A stretch of 36,654 nt of DNA, taken from the NCBI GenBank assembly GCA_046542505.1, contig JBKHBH010000011.1, positions 1 to 36,654 of the forward strand, read 5' to 3'. The position numbers and the translations under genes are program-made. This document shows positions 1 to 8,446 of the stretch, piece after piece. The DNA is from Thermovirgaceae bacterium (lineage in GTDB: Bacteria > Synergistota > Synergistia > Synergistales > Thermovirgaceae). The first letter of the stretch is position 1. Each line of letters opens with the position of its first letter. Under the pieces are notes generated by a model that worked only from the letters and a program-made list of their open reading frames with translations, searched no databases and was not told where the DNA came from.

Positions 1-2
1 AG

Positions 3-1160
3 GCCAGGCGTGTCATTGAAGACCTTGGCGGACATTTGAGGATCATAGCCAAGATAGAGACCCGGAATGCTGTAGAGAACCTTGAATCCATTGCGGAAGT
101 CGTGGACGGGATGATGGTCGCCAGAGGAGACCTGGGCGTGGAGATCCCCCTCGAAGATGTGCCTTTGGTGCAAAAACGCATCGTCGACCTCTGCCGAAGC
201 CAGGGAAAGCCCGTCATCGTAGCGACCCAGATGCTTGATTCTATGATCAGGAACCCCAGAGCAACCCGGGCGGAGGCAAGCGATGTGGCCAACGCGGTTC
301 TCGACGGAACCGATGCTGTCATGCTGTCCGGGGAGACCGCGAATGGGGCATATCCAGTAGAGGCTGTCAGAACCATGGCGAAAATCATTGTCCGCACCGA
401 ATCGGATGAAAGGTTTTTGACGGGAAGGCCGCTCTCCTACACGGACATTAACCGTGTCCCCGATGCCGTGAGTCACGCAGCCGGCCTCATCTCCGAACGA
501 ATGAAGACGAGAGCGATCCTGTCCCTTACCCAAAGCGGCCAAACGGCGCAGATGGTCAGCAAATACCGCCCCAGGGCGCTGATTATCGGCGCGACTCCGT
601 CGAAAAGGACGTGGAGATCTCTCTGCCTTGTCTGGGGGGTGGCTCCCCTTTTCGTCGAGCGGGAGGAGACTCTCGAGACGGCTCTTGCCACGGCAATGGA
701 CAGGGCTATAGAAGAAGGGCTTCTCGTCGAGGGTGATCTCATTGTCGTGACGGCTGGTGTGCCAGTGGGAATGCGTGGCACGACGAACACCATCGAGGTG
801 GTTACCGTGGGGCAGATTCTTGTCAAGGGGCTTTCCCTCCTCAAACAGGATGCGACCGGCAGGATAGCCAAGGCCAATACAGCCCAGGAAGCCCTCAAAA
901 AGGTCCAGGAGGGAGATATTCTTGTCACGAAGCACACCGACAGGGATTTCGTTCCTGCCATGAGAAAGGCTGGTGCCGTTGTTACCGAGGAAGGCGGATT
1001 GACAAGTCACGCCGCCATTGTGGCCCTGGAACTCAGGATCCCCTGCATCGTCGGAGCTGAAGGAGCCCTGGAGCTTCTCGAGGACGGTATTATCGCCACC
1101 GTTGACGGCAGCCGTGGCGTCGTTTTCAGGGGAAAGGTCCATCTCCATTCCGGACGCTAG
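3..1160 (+). CDS. pyk: Pyruvate kinase, 5'-truncated by the window edge, with C-terminal PEP-utiliser swivel domain
   Basis: Frame is open from position 3. Motifs [35 protein letters not shown]-terminal [12 protein letters not shown] swivel motif. Confidence 0.97.
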   Translation, partial: ARRVIEDLGGHLRIIAKIETRNAVENLESIAEVVDGMMVARGDLGVEIPLEDVPLVQKRIVDLCRSQGKPVIVATQMLDSMIRNPRATRAEASDVANAVLDGTDAVMLSGETANGAYPVEAVRTMAKIIVRTESDERFLTGRPLSYTDINRVPDAVSHAAGLISERMKTRAILSLTQSGQTAQMVSKYRPRALIIGATPSKRTWRSLCLVWGVAPLFVEREETLETALATAMDRAIEEGLLVEGDLIVVTAGVPVGMRGTTNTIEVVTVGQILVKGLSLLKQDATGRIAKANTAQEALKKVQEGDILVTKHTDRDFVPAMRKAGAVVTEEGGLTSHAAIVALELRIPCIVGAEGALELLEDGIIATVDGSRGVVFRGKVHLHSGR

Positions 1161-1211
1161 CACCTTGGGAATAGGGGATCACTTCACAACACCGAAGAAG
1201 CCGGGAAAGAA

Positions 1212-1880
1212 GTGACGCCTATGGGTTATGGCCATATTATCCTGCAGGAATGGTTTCCCCTTGCGGATGCGAAAAACGTTCCATACGATCAGCAGGCGTT
1301 TGGAATGCCGTGCACCTGTGATGTCCCGTCATGGAAAGAGCTGAATGATGGCGACAAAAGGCAGAGCGCCGTTGTCCTGGCTTATACCGAAGTGGATGGC
1401 AAGACTTCTTTTATCTGCGTCGAGAGGTCGGCAAAACTGCGCCGGCATGCCGGACAGCTGGCCTTCCCGGGTGGGGCGAAAGACGGCGATGACGGGACCC
1501 CGCTGGATACGGCCTTCCGGGAATGCCGGGAAGAGCTTGGCCTTTCTTTCGACCGGTTCCGCGTAGAAGCCATGCTGCCGAAAGAATATGCCTACTCGAG
1601 TGATTTTGTCATCTACCCTTTCGTCGCCTTCATTGACTTCGAAGAAGTGAAACGCCACATCCGTCTGGATCCCGTGGAAATCAGGAGCGCCTTCGTGGTT
1701 TGTGTCGACAGGCTGCGGTTCCCTCCTGAACTTTTCTGGGGGGGATCAAAATCCGGAGCCTTCATGTACCCCGTTTTCAGCGTAGATACAGAACGTGCCA
1801 TTTGGGGGGCAACGGCAAAGATCCTCTGGAGGTTTCTGCGAAATCCGGCATTTTGCCGTGGAGTACAAAGGTGTCTTTGA
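1212..1880 (+). CDS. Nudix hydrolase, CoA pyrophosphatase subfamily
   Basis: ERSAKLRRHAGQLAFPGG motif followed by Nudix box (AFRECREELGL) and C-terminal IWGATA. Start GTG 1212 or ATG 1221. Confidence 0.88.
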   Translation: MTPMGYGHIILQEWFPLADAKNVPYDQQAFGMPCTCDVPSWKELNDGDKRQSAVVLAYTEVDGKTSFICVERSAKLRRHAGQLAFPGGAKDGDDGTPLDTAFRECREELGLSFDRFRVEAMLPKEYAYSSDFVIYPFVAFIDFEEVKRHIRLDPVEIRSAFVVCVDRLRFPPELFWGGSKSGAFMYPVFSVDTERAIWGATAKILWRFLRNPAFCRGVQRCL

Positions 1881-2713
1881 TCGGTGTGCATGTCTCGGTT
1901 TCAGGTGGTGTATACCGGGCCATAGAAAGAGGGGAAGCCCTCGGGTGCGAGGCCATACAGATATTCACCAAGAATCAGTTGCAATGGAGGGCGGCGCCAC
2001 TACCGCAGAGAGTTTGCGACAGGTTTCTCGCGGCGTGGAGCAAGAGCGAAATACGAAAAATCGTGGCTCATTCCTCGTATCTCATCAACCTGGCGGGTTC
2101 TGAAAAGATCCGCAGAAAGAGCATGGACGCCCTTGTTGACGAGGTGCTCCGTTGTGACCAGCTCGGCATAGACGATCTTGTATTGCACCCGGGGTCCCAC
2201 CGGGGAGACGGACTCGAGGTGGGCATTGGGAGGATCACCGAATCACTCGGGAACGTTTTTGAGCGGACAGACGGTTTCAGGGTTCGTGTTCTGCTGGAAA
2301 CAATGGCCGGTCAGGGCGACGGGATCGGAGCGTCTCTGGATGAACTTGCCTCCCTTTTCGATTTGCTCGGCGGGCACGACAGGATCGGGATCTGTATGGA
2401 TACGTGCCACCTGTTTGCATCGGGATATGAGATACGGAGTCCTGAAGGTTACGAACGACTCGCGCGGCGTGCAGAAAATCTTTTTGGACGGGAACGCATC
2501 CGTTGCTGGCACCTGAACGATTCCAGGGAAACAAAGGGGTCCGGGAAGGACCGGCACCAGCATATCGGGGCGGGACAGATAGGCATGGAGCCCTTCGGGC
2601 GGATAGTCGCAGACGGTAGGTGGGCCGATGTCCCCTGCATACTGGAGACTCCCAAGGAAGACCAGGGAGATATGAAAAACCTTTCGCTTCTCAGAAAATT
2701 GAGAGGGTTCTAG
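1871..2713 (+). CDS. nfo: Endonuclease IV (AP endonuclease family 2)
   Basis: IGVHVS, QIFTKN, HSSYLINL, VLHPGS, LLETMAGQG, CMDTCHLFASGY, HLNDS, DRHQHIG, ILETP. GTG 1871 follows GGAG and overlaps the Nudix stop. Confidence 0.95.
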   Translation: MSLIGVHVSVSGGVYRAIERGEALGCEAIQIFTKNQLQWRAAPLPQRVCDRFLAAWSKSEIRKIVAHSSYLINLAGSEKIRRKSMDALVDEVLRCDQLGIDDLVLHPGSHRGDGLEVGIGRITESLGNVFERTDGFRVRVLLETMAGQGDGIGASLDELASLFDLLGGHDRIGICMDTCHLFASGYEIRSPEGYERLARRAENLFGRERIRCWHLNDSRETKGSGKDRHQHIGAGQIGMEPFGRIVADGRWADVPCILETPKEDQGDMKNLSLLRKLRGF

Positions 2714-2733
2714 AAAAAGGGAGGCTGCATTGC

Positions 2734-3804
2734 ATGTTTGAATACCCCCAACTTAGCATCGATACGGGCGTGATCAAAAGAAACAGCCATAAGGTGAAAG
2801 ATATTTGTGCAAAGGCCGGTATCACCCTCTGGGGAGTGACAAAAGGCTTGTCCGGCCATCCGGAAGTCGCGCGGGCAATGCTGGAAGGTGGGTGCAAAGG
2901 CATTGCCGACAGCCGTTGCCTGAACATCCACCGGATGAAAAACGCAGGCATAGAAGGTCCTTTCATGCTGCTTCGGATTCCCATGCCCGGTGAATTACCC
3001 TTCGTGGCCGAAAATGTAGATGTCGTCCTCGTATCGATGGCTGAAACACTGGAGGCCCTTGATGCTGAATGCCGAAAGAAGAAAAAAGAATGCGGCGTGA
3101 TCATCATGGTCGACATGGGGGACCTTCGGGAGGGTATATGGCCCGATGAAGCCTCCCGGATGGGAGAAATCCTGAATAGGTGCACGGCTGTGCGGTTTTT
3201 GGGTGCCGGCGCGAATTTCGGATGCCTTTCCGGGGTGCTGCCCACTGAAAAAAACCTTTCCGGCCTTGTTGCCGTTGGAAAGGAAATCGCTGCATCGGCA
3301 GGCTCCGACCTGAAAATCGTTTCCGGCGGGGCGACGTCTTCGCTTTATCTTCTGGAGGAAAACAGGATACCCCGTGGAGTGAACCAGCTTCGTGTTGGTG
3401 AGGCCATCCTGCTTGGCACCGATGTGACGGGCAAAAGGGAGATTCCCTACCTGGAAAAAGGGGCTGTTGAAATCCTGGCGGAGGTCGTGGAATGCCGGCG
3501 GAAACCTACGAAACCCATCGGTGAGACTGGAGCCGATGCCTTCGGAAGGACCCCGGTTTTCGAAGACCGCGGAGAACGCCTGCGTGTCATCGTCGCATTG
3601 GGAAGACAGGATGTCATGCCTGAGGGGCTGGTGCCAAACCTGGAGGGTGCAACGATCATCGGCGCGTCGAGTGACCATCTGACCATTGATGTTGAGGACA
3701 CGGGCAAGATCTTCAGACCCGGTGATATTCTCCGGTTCAGGCCTGACTACGGCGCGATGCTCGCCGCATCTACCTCCGGATATGTGAATGTTAGAATACT
3801 CTAG
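2734..3804 (+). CDS. PLP-dependent alanine/ornithine racemase-family enzyme (Orr-like)
   Basis: WGVTK (PLP lysine), IADSR, MVDMGDLREG, GANFGC, VSGGATSS, NQLRVGEAILLG, GASSDHL. ATG 2734 after GGGAGG. Confidence 0.88.
   Translation: MFEYPQLSIDTGVIKRNSHKVKDICAKAGITLWGVTKGLSGHPEVARAMLEGGCKGIADSRCLNIHRMKNAGIEGPFMLLRIPMPGELPFVAENVDVVLVSMAETLEALDAECRKKKKECGVIIMVDMGDLREGIWPDEASRMGEILNRCTAVRFLGAGANFGCLSGVLPTEKNLSGLVAVGKEIAASAGSDLKIVSGGATSSLYLLEENRIPRGVNQLRVGEAILLGTDVTGKREIPYLEKGAVEILAEVVECRRKPTKPIGETGADAFGRTPVFEDRGERLRVIVALGRQDVMPEGLVPNLEGATIIGASSDHLTIDVEDTGKIFRPGDILRFRPDYGAMLAASTSGYVNVRIL
3789..3797 (+). promoter_or_regulatory. Putative extended -10 promoter (TG-T-TAGAAT) for the cdaA operon
   Basis: TGTTAGAAT lies in the last codons of the racemase gene; no convincing -35. 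Confidence 0.4.
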
Positions 3805-3825
3805 AAAGGAACGCCGGAGGACCGA

Positions 3826-3852
3826 ATGAAGTTCCGTCCGGCCGGACAGTGA
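3826..3852 (+). other. Candidate 8-codon leader ORF (MKFRPAGQ*) coupled to the cdaA start
   Basis: GGAGG at 3816-3820, ATG at 3826; TGA at 3850-3852 overlaps the cdaA GTG at 3849 (GTGA). Confidence 0.4.
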
Positions 3853-4697
3853 CGGCCATGCTTGAAAATATCCGCTGGCAGGATTTCATTGACATAGCGA
3901 TTATAGCCTTCATTTTCTACAGGGTCCTGCTTCTTCTTGTGGACACACGGGCGATGCAGCTTGTCAAGGGCCTTTTCGTCCTTGGACTGCTGGCTGCCGT
4001 GGCCAGGGTCATTCAGCTTGAAGCCCTCTCCTGGATACTGGGGAAACTGCTCGGTGTCATTATCATCGCCATCCCCATAGTCTTTCAACCCGAGTTGAGA
4101 AGAATGCTGGAAGAACTCGGCAGGGGGAACATTTTGAGAAGGAGGCAGGCCGAGGAACTGGCCGCCCAGCTTTCTGACGAGGTGACCAGGGCCCTGTTGT
4201 ATCTTCAGAGCCAGCGGATCGGGGCCATCCTCGTTTTTCAGAGAAACACCGGACTGAAGGATATCTGGCGTTCCGCCGTCCAGATCCAGAGCATCATCAC
4301 CCATGACCTGCTGGTTTCCGTTTTCTGGCCGGGAAACCCCCTCCACGACGGTGCGGTCATTATCGACAGGTCGACGGTACTCGCCGCGGCTTGCTACCTC
4401 CCGCTCACCGAAAACAGCAACTTGTCCCGCTGGATTGGGACCCGGCACAGGGCCGCTCTGGGGATTACCGAGGTTTCCGATGCCATGGCTCTGGTCGTAT
4501 CCGAGGAACGTGGAGAAGTGGCTCTCGCCATCAACGGGCACCTTTCGAGGCAACTGAAGGAAAACCAGATACGCCGACTGCTGCTCCATTATTTTTCGGC
4601 AACGGCGACAAGCCGCTCGGTGCTCGACAACCTTCAGAAGGACCTTCGCACGCTCTGGTCAAGCGAACCGGAGGAAAATCATGATAAAAAACCTTGA
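3849..4697 (+). CDS. cdaA: Diadenylate cyclase CdaA (membrane-bound c-di-AMP synthase)
   Basis: Three N-terminal hydrophobic segments, IVFQPELRRMLEELG, catalytic PLHDGA and GTRHRAALG, VSEERG. Start GTG 3849 or ATG 3858. Confidence 0.95.
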   Translation: MTAMLENIRWQDFIDIAIIAFIFYRVLLLLVDTRAMQLVKGLFVLGLLAAVARVIQLEALSWILGKLLGVIIIAIPIVFQPELRRMLEELGRGNILRRRQAEELAAQLSDEVTRALLYLQSQRIGAILVFQRNTGLKDIWRSAVQIQSIITHDLLVSVFWPGNPLHDGAVIIDRSTVLAAACYLPLTENSNLSRWIGTRHRAALGITEVSDAMALVVSEERGEVALAINGHLSRQLKENQIRRLLLHYFSATATSRSVLDNLQKDLRTLWSSEPEENHDKKP

Positions 4698-5892
4698 CAA
4701 ACTCCTTGCTTCGAAGACGTTCCTGAGAATTGTCTCGATTACTGTAGCAGCTCTCGTCTGGTATTATGTTGCGGCGGAGAGAACCAACGAGGTTGTACGG
4801 ACTTTTACGCTCCCCATCGAGTATTTGAATGTGCCCCAGGAGCTGTCGATCAGCAGCGAGACCCGCAATGTGGATGTCCAGATTGCGGCCCCGAGAGATG
4901 TCCTCTCGGGAAAAGCCCTTGAGTCGATTGCCTGCCAGGTCGATCTGAAAAACCTTGAGGCGGGCAGCCAGATGGCGCCGGTCAGGACCATTCTTCCTTC
5001 GGGAGTGCGCCTGATCGATATCAAGCCGTCGAATATCGAGGTGCAGTTGACGAAAACGGCGAAAGAGACGGTTCCCGTCAAAGTCGAGATAGAAGGTGGA
5101 TTACCGCCGGGATACAGGCTTGAGAAGGTCCGTCTGGATCCTGAAAATGTCGATCTTGAAGGTCCTGAAGACCAGCTCGAAAAAATCGACAGGGTCTATT
5201 TGCGGCCCTCGTTGGAGCAACTTCTTGAGGCCGAAAGTCTCACCCTGAGACCCTCGTGGGAAGGCTCGGGCGACGAGGCGGATGTTTCAGTGGAGCCGGT
5301 CCAGGTAAAAATGGATTATGTCCTCATACAGGGTATTCCGCAAAAACGCGTCCGGGTCGACGTTCCAATCATGGGCGAACCCCATGAGGATTATGTGGTT
5401 CAGGGAGTTTCCGTCGATCCTCCAGAAGTGACGGTCAAAGGGCCTGTCGCTGTACTTGACAGGATCAGGAACGTGGAGCTTCCCCCCGTCGATGTGAGTG
5501 AGCTGAAAGAAGATGCCGTCTTTGACGTCAAAGTGCCCGAGGGATTCGGTGGAGCCTCGAAAATAGAGCCGGGAACGGTTCGGGTCAGGGTCCTTTTGTC
5601 GCCCCATCTTCAGGAACGGATGTACAAGAAGGTCCCGATAGAGATCAGGGGCCGGAGTATTTACTCGTCCTGGAGAGTGGAACCCTCTGAGGCGGACATT
5701 GTCGTGGAAGGCCCGGCGTCGGCCCTTGACAGGCAGGAAGATTTTGGCCCTCCGGCAGAATTGTACGTGGATGTGACGAACATCGTCTCGACGAAACTGC
5801 GGGTGCCTCTCCAGTACAGGGCTGTCAGCGGTGGAGTCAGGATTAAAGAGGTCGAGCCCGCGCACGTGACGGTCTATGCGAACACTGAGTAA
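4681..5892 (+). CDS. cdaR: CdaR / YbbR-domain regulator of CdaA
   Basis: Single N-terminal TM (ALVWYYV) and about four repeated beta-rich YbbR-like units (e.g. VDPPEVTVKGP, LDPENVDLEGP); canonical position between cdaA and glmM. Confidence 0.9.
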   Translation: MIKNLDKLLASKTFLRIVSITVAALVWYYVAAERTNEVVRTFTLPIEYLNVPQELSISSETRNVDVQIAAPRDVLSGKALESIACQVDLKNLEAGSQMAPVRTILPSGVRLIDIKPSNIEVQLTKTAKETVPVKVEIEGGLPPGYRLEKVRLDPENVDLEGPEDQLEKIDRVYLRPSLEQLLEAESLTLRPSWEGSGDEADVSVEPVQVKMDYVLIQGIPQKRVRVDVPIMGEPHEDYVVQGVSVDPPEVTVKGPVAVLDRIRNVELPPVDVSELKEDAVFDVKVPEGFGGASKIEPGTVRVRVLLSPHLQERMYKKVPIEIRGRSIYSSWRVEPSEADIVVEGPASALDRQEDFGPPAELYVDVTNIVSTKLRVPLQYRAVSGGVRIKEVEPAHVTVYANTE

Positions 5893-5919
5893 TAAAGCCA
5901 GGTCGGAAGGATGAAGCCA

Positions 5920-7287
5920 ATGATCGACGAGATGAAAATCCGGTGCCTCTTCGGCACGGACGGTGTCAGGGACGTTGCAAACAGGGGCCTGATGACGCCC
6001 GAGATGGTACTTCGCCTTGGCCGTGCTTTCGTGCTCTTTCTGATAGAAAGGGGGTACCCGAAACCGCAGATTGCCGTTGGCAGGGATACACGTCGTTCCG
6101 GCATCATGCTCGAATCGGCGCTGGTTTCGGGGCTGACATCGGCGGGAGCGGAAGTGGTCGATCTTGGAGTGCTTCCCACGCCGGCCCTCAGCCACGCAAT
6201 CAAGTGCAAAAAGTGTACCGGAGGCGCCATGGTCAGTGCGTCCCACAACCCTCCGGAATATAACGGCATAAAATTTCTCAACGCCCACGGGTTCAAGCTC
6301 CGTGACGAGGAAGAAGCCGAAATCGAGGAATACCTCGGTGACAGTCTGAATGACGAGTGGAGGCCCACCGGTGCAGCCATCGGGACCATCCGGACCGATC
6401 CAGGGGCCTGGGAGGATTATGCTCACTGGCTTGCAGAGACAATCGGAGACGGCCTGGCCAAAGACCTGAAGGTGCTTGTGGACTGTGCCAATGGCGCCGC
6501 CACGGCCGCCGCACGGATGCTTTTCCCGGAGCTCGGGTATGAGGCGGATTTCATCGGATCAAAACCAGATGGCATGAACATCAATGAACGCACAGGAGTC
6601 ATGTATCTGGGGAACCTGGCGGAGGGAGTCAAGTCAGGAGGATATCATCTGGGAATCGCCTTTGACGGTGACGCAGACAGGACACTCTGTGTGGACGGGA
6701 AAGGGCGCCAGATTGATGGAGACATCCTCCTGTGGGTCATCGCAAGGTGGCTGAAAAACAGGGGCCTTCTCGGAAACGGCGTGGTAGCCACGGTTATGAG
6801 CAACCTCGCCCTGGAAGATCATCTCAAGCCTCTTGATATCCCCGTTCATCGTTGCCCCGTTGGTGACAGGTACGTGCTCGACAAGATGCGCGAGACGGGG
6901 GCAAGACTCGGAGGAGAGCAGTCAGGTCACATCATCCTTGACGAGTTTGTTTCCACCGGTGACGGTCTTTGCACCGCCCTTGCCTTCCTGAAAGCCCGCA
7001 GGGAGCTTTCTGAGGATATAGACTCGCTGGTCGACCGCTTCAACCGGTATTCCCAGATTCTGAAAAACGTTCCCGTCCAGCAAAAGGAAGTGGTCATGGA
7101 AGATCCGGACCTCTGGAGCGTAATCGGTGAAGTCGAAAGATCCCTGGGGGATTCGGGACGTGTCCTCGTCAGGCCATCTGGGACCGAACCCATGATACGC
7201 GTTCTCGTGGAGACCAAGGATCCGGCCGCACTGGAGCGTGCTGCGGTGTGTATCGTGGAGGCTATCGTACAAGCCGGCCATAACTGA
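5920..7287 (+). CDS. glmM: Phosphoglucosamine mutase
   Basis: LFGTDGVR, SASHNP (phospho-Ser), FDGDADR, GGEQSGH, RPSGTEP. Start could be 5911, 5920 or 5932. Confidence 0.96.
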   Translation: MIDEMKIRCLFGTDGVRDVANRGLMTPEMVLRLGRAFVLFLIERGYPKPQIAVGRDTRRSGIMLESALVSGLTSAGAEVVDLGVLPTPALSHAIKCKKCTGGAMVSASHNPPEYNGIKFLNAHGFKLRDEEEAEIEEYLGDSLNDEWRPTGAAIGTIRTDPGAWEDYAHWLAETIGDGLAKDLKVLVDCANGAATAAARMLFPELGYEADFIGSKPDGMNINERTGVMYLGNLAEGVKSGGYHLGIAFDGDADRTLCVDGKGRQIDGDILLWVIARWLKNRGLLGNGVVATVMSNLALEDHLKPLDIPVHRCPVGDRYVLDKMRETGARLGGEQSGHIILDEFVSTGDGLCTALAFLKARRELSEDIDSLVDRFNRYSQILKNVPVQQKEVVMEDPDLWSVIGEVERSLGDSGRVLVRPSGTEPMIRVLVETKDPAALERAAVCIVEAIVQAGHN

Positions 7288-7318
7288 AGGTCAATTTCGG
7301 AAGGAAGGACGTGATACT

Positions 7319-8209
7319 GTGAAAATAAATTGCGGCAAAATCTTGAAAAAATGCCTTTTCCCCGTTGCCGGCCTCGGTACCAGATTTCTGCCGGCCACGA
7401 AGGATATCCCGAAGGAGATGGTTCCGCTGATCGATCGGCCGCTCATTCATTACGGGGTGGACGAGGCCGTTTCCTCAGGATGTGAGGAAATCCTGCTCGT
7501 GAGCGGCAGGGGGAAGCAGTCCATCGAGGATTATTTTGACAGATCCCCCGAACTTGAGAAGGCTCTTGAAGCCAAGGGGAAGAGAGAGCTGCTTGATCTG
7601 GTGAAAGCCGTGGGGAAAATGGCGAAAGTTATCTCAGTCAGGCAGCCGGAACCACTCGGCCTTGGCCACGCTGTCTTGTGCGGCGAACCGGTATGTGGCG
7701 ATGCCCCCTTCGGCGTCGTGCTTCCTGACGATGTCATGATCGCTGCTGCAGGAGATCCCCCGGTGCTCGCCCAATTGATTCAAGTGCACGAAAAGCGGGG
7801 CGGAATTGTTGTCGCCCTGGAGAAGGTTCCAAGACAGGAAACCTCGAGGTACGGCATCGTCGATGTGGAGGAAACAAATGATCCGAGGCTTTTCAAAATA
7901 CGCAACCTGGTGGAAAAACCCGTTCCTGAAGATGCTCCAAGCGATTATGCGATAATGGGTCGTTATGTCCTGACGCCGGGCATTTTCGATCACATCAAGA
8001 ACACCGAAAGAGGCGCCGGAGGTGAGTACCAGCTCACGGACGCGATGAAAGCCGCCATAGGTGATGAACCCATTTGGGGTTATGTCTATTCGGGACGTCG
8101 CTATGACTGCGGTACAAGAGAAAGCTGGCTCAGGGCGACTATCGCCATTGCGGCCCGGGATGAACAGCTTCGGGCGATCATAGAAGAAGAGCTGGAAAAC
8201 TCCCGATAA
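7319..8209 (+). CDS. galU: UTP--glucose-1-phosphate uridylyltransferase
   Basis: FPVAGLGTRFLPATK..PKEM, RQPEPLGLGHAV, VEKP, GGEYQLTDA. GTG 7319 follows AAGGAAGGA. Confidence 0.95.
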   Translation: MKINCGKILKKCLFPVAGLGTRFLPATKDIPKEMVPLIDRPLIHYGVDEAVSSGCEEILLVSGRGKQSIEDYFDRSPELEKALEAKGKRELLDLVKAVGKMAKVISVRQPEPLGLGHAVLCGEPVCGDAPFGVVLPDDVMIAAAGDPPVLAQLIQVHEKRGGIVVALEKVPRQETSRYGIVDVEETNDPRLFKIRNLVEKPVPEDAPSDYAIMGRYVLTPGIFDHIKNTERGAGGEYQLTDAMKAAIGDEPIWGYVYSGRRYDCGTRESWLRATIAIAARDEQLRAIIEEELENSR

Positions 8210-8267
8210 GGGAAGGTGATGCGGCAAAGGGCATTATAGTGATAGCACAGGCTGAAGCGGCAAAGAC

Positions 8268-8405
8268 AAGCGCCTGGACTGGATGAATCCAGTTGACGAG
8301 GTCCGGGATGATCGAAAATTCGGCGGATGTCCCGGGGGCTGCGGGAATCAGCCCGAGGAGCCCTTTCTCAAAACCGGGGAGCGATCTCCGGTACAAAAGG
8401 AGGGC
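8268..8405 (+). ncRNA. glmS ribozyme (GlcN6P-activated self-cleaving riboswitch)
   Basis: Core A|GCGCCTGGACT (predicted cleavage 8269/8270), short P1 GACTGGA/TCCAGTT, GACGAGG, ATCGAAAATTCGGCGGATG, and a P4/P4.1-like GCCCTTTC..ACCGGGGAGCGATCTCCGGT..AAAAGGAGGGC, immediately 5' of glmS. Confidence 0.95.
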
Positions 8406-8446
8406 AATTCCCCCTGGAAAACATGAAAGGAGTGTCAAACCGCATC

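Noticed and set aside
8327..8446. N-terminal extension of GlmS in the ORF track
   Set aside because: GlmS needs Cys at the mature N-terminus and the extension overlaps the ribozyme. Similar over-long starts were trimmed for nfo, the racemase, galU, glmU, mfd, era and recO.
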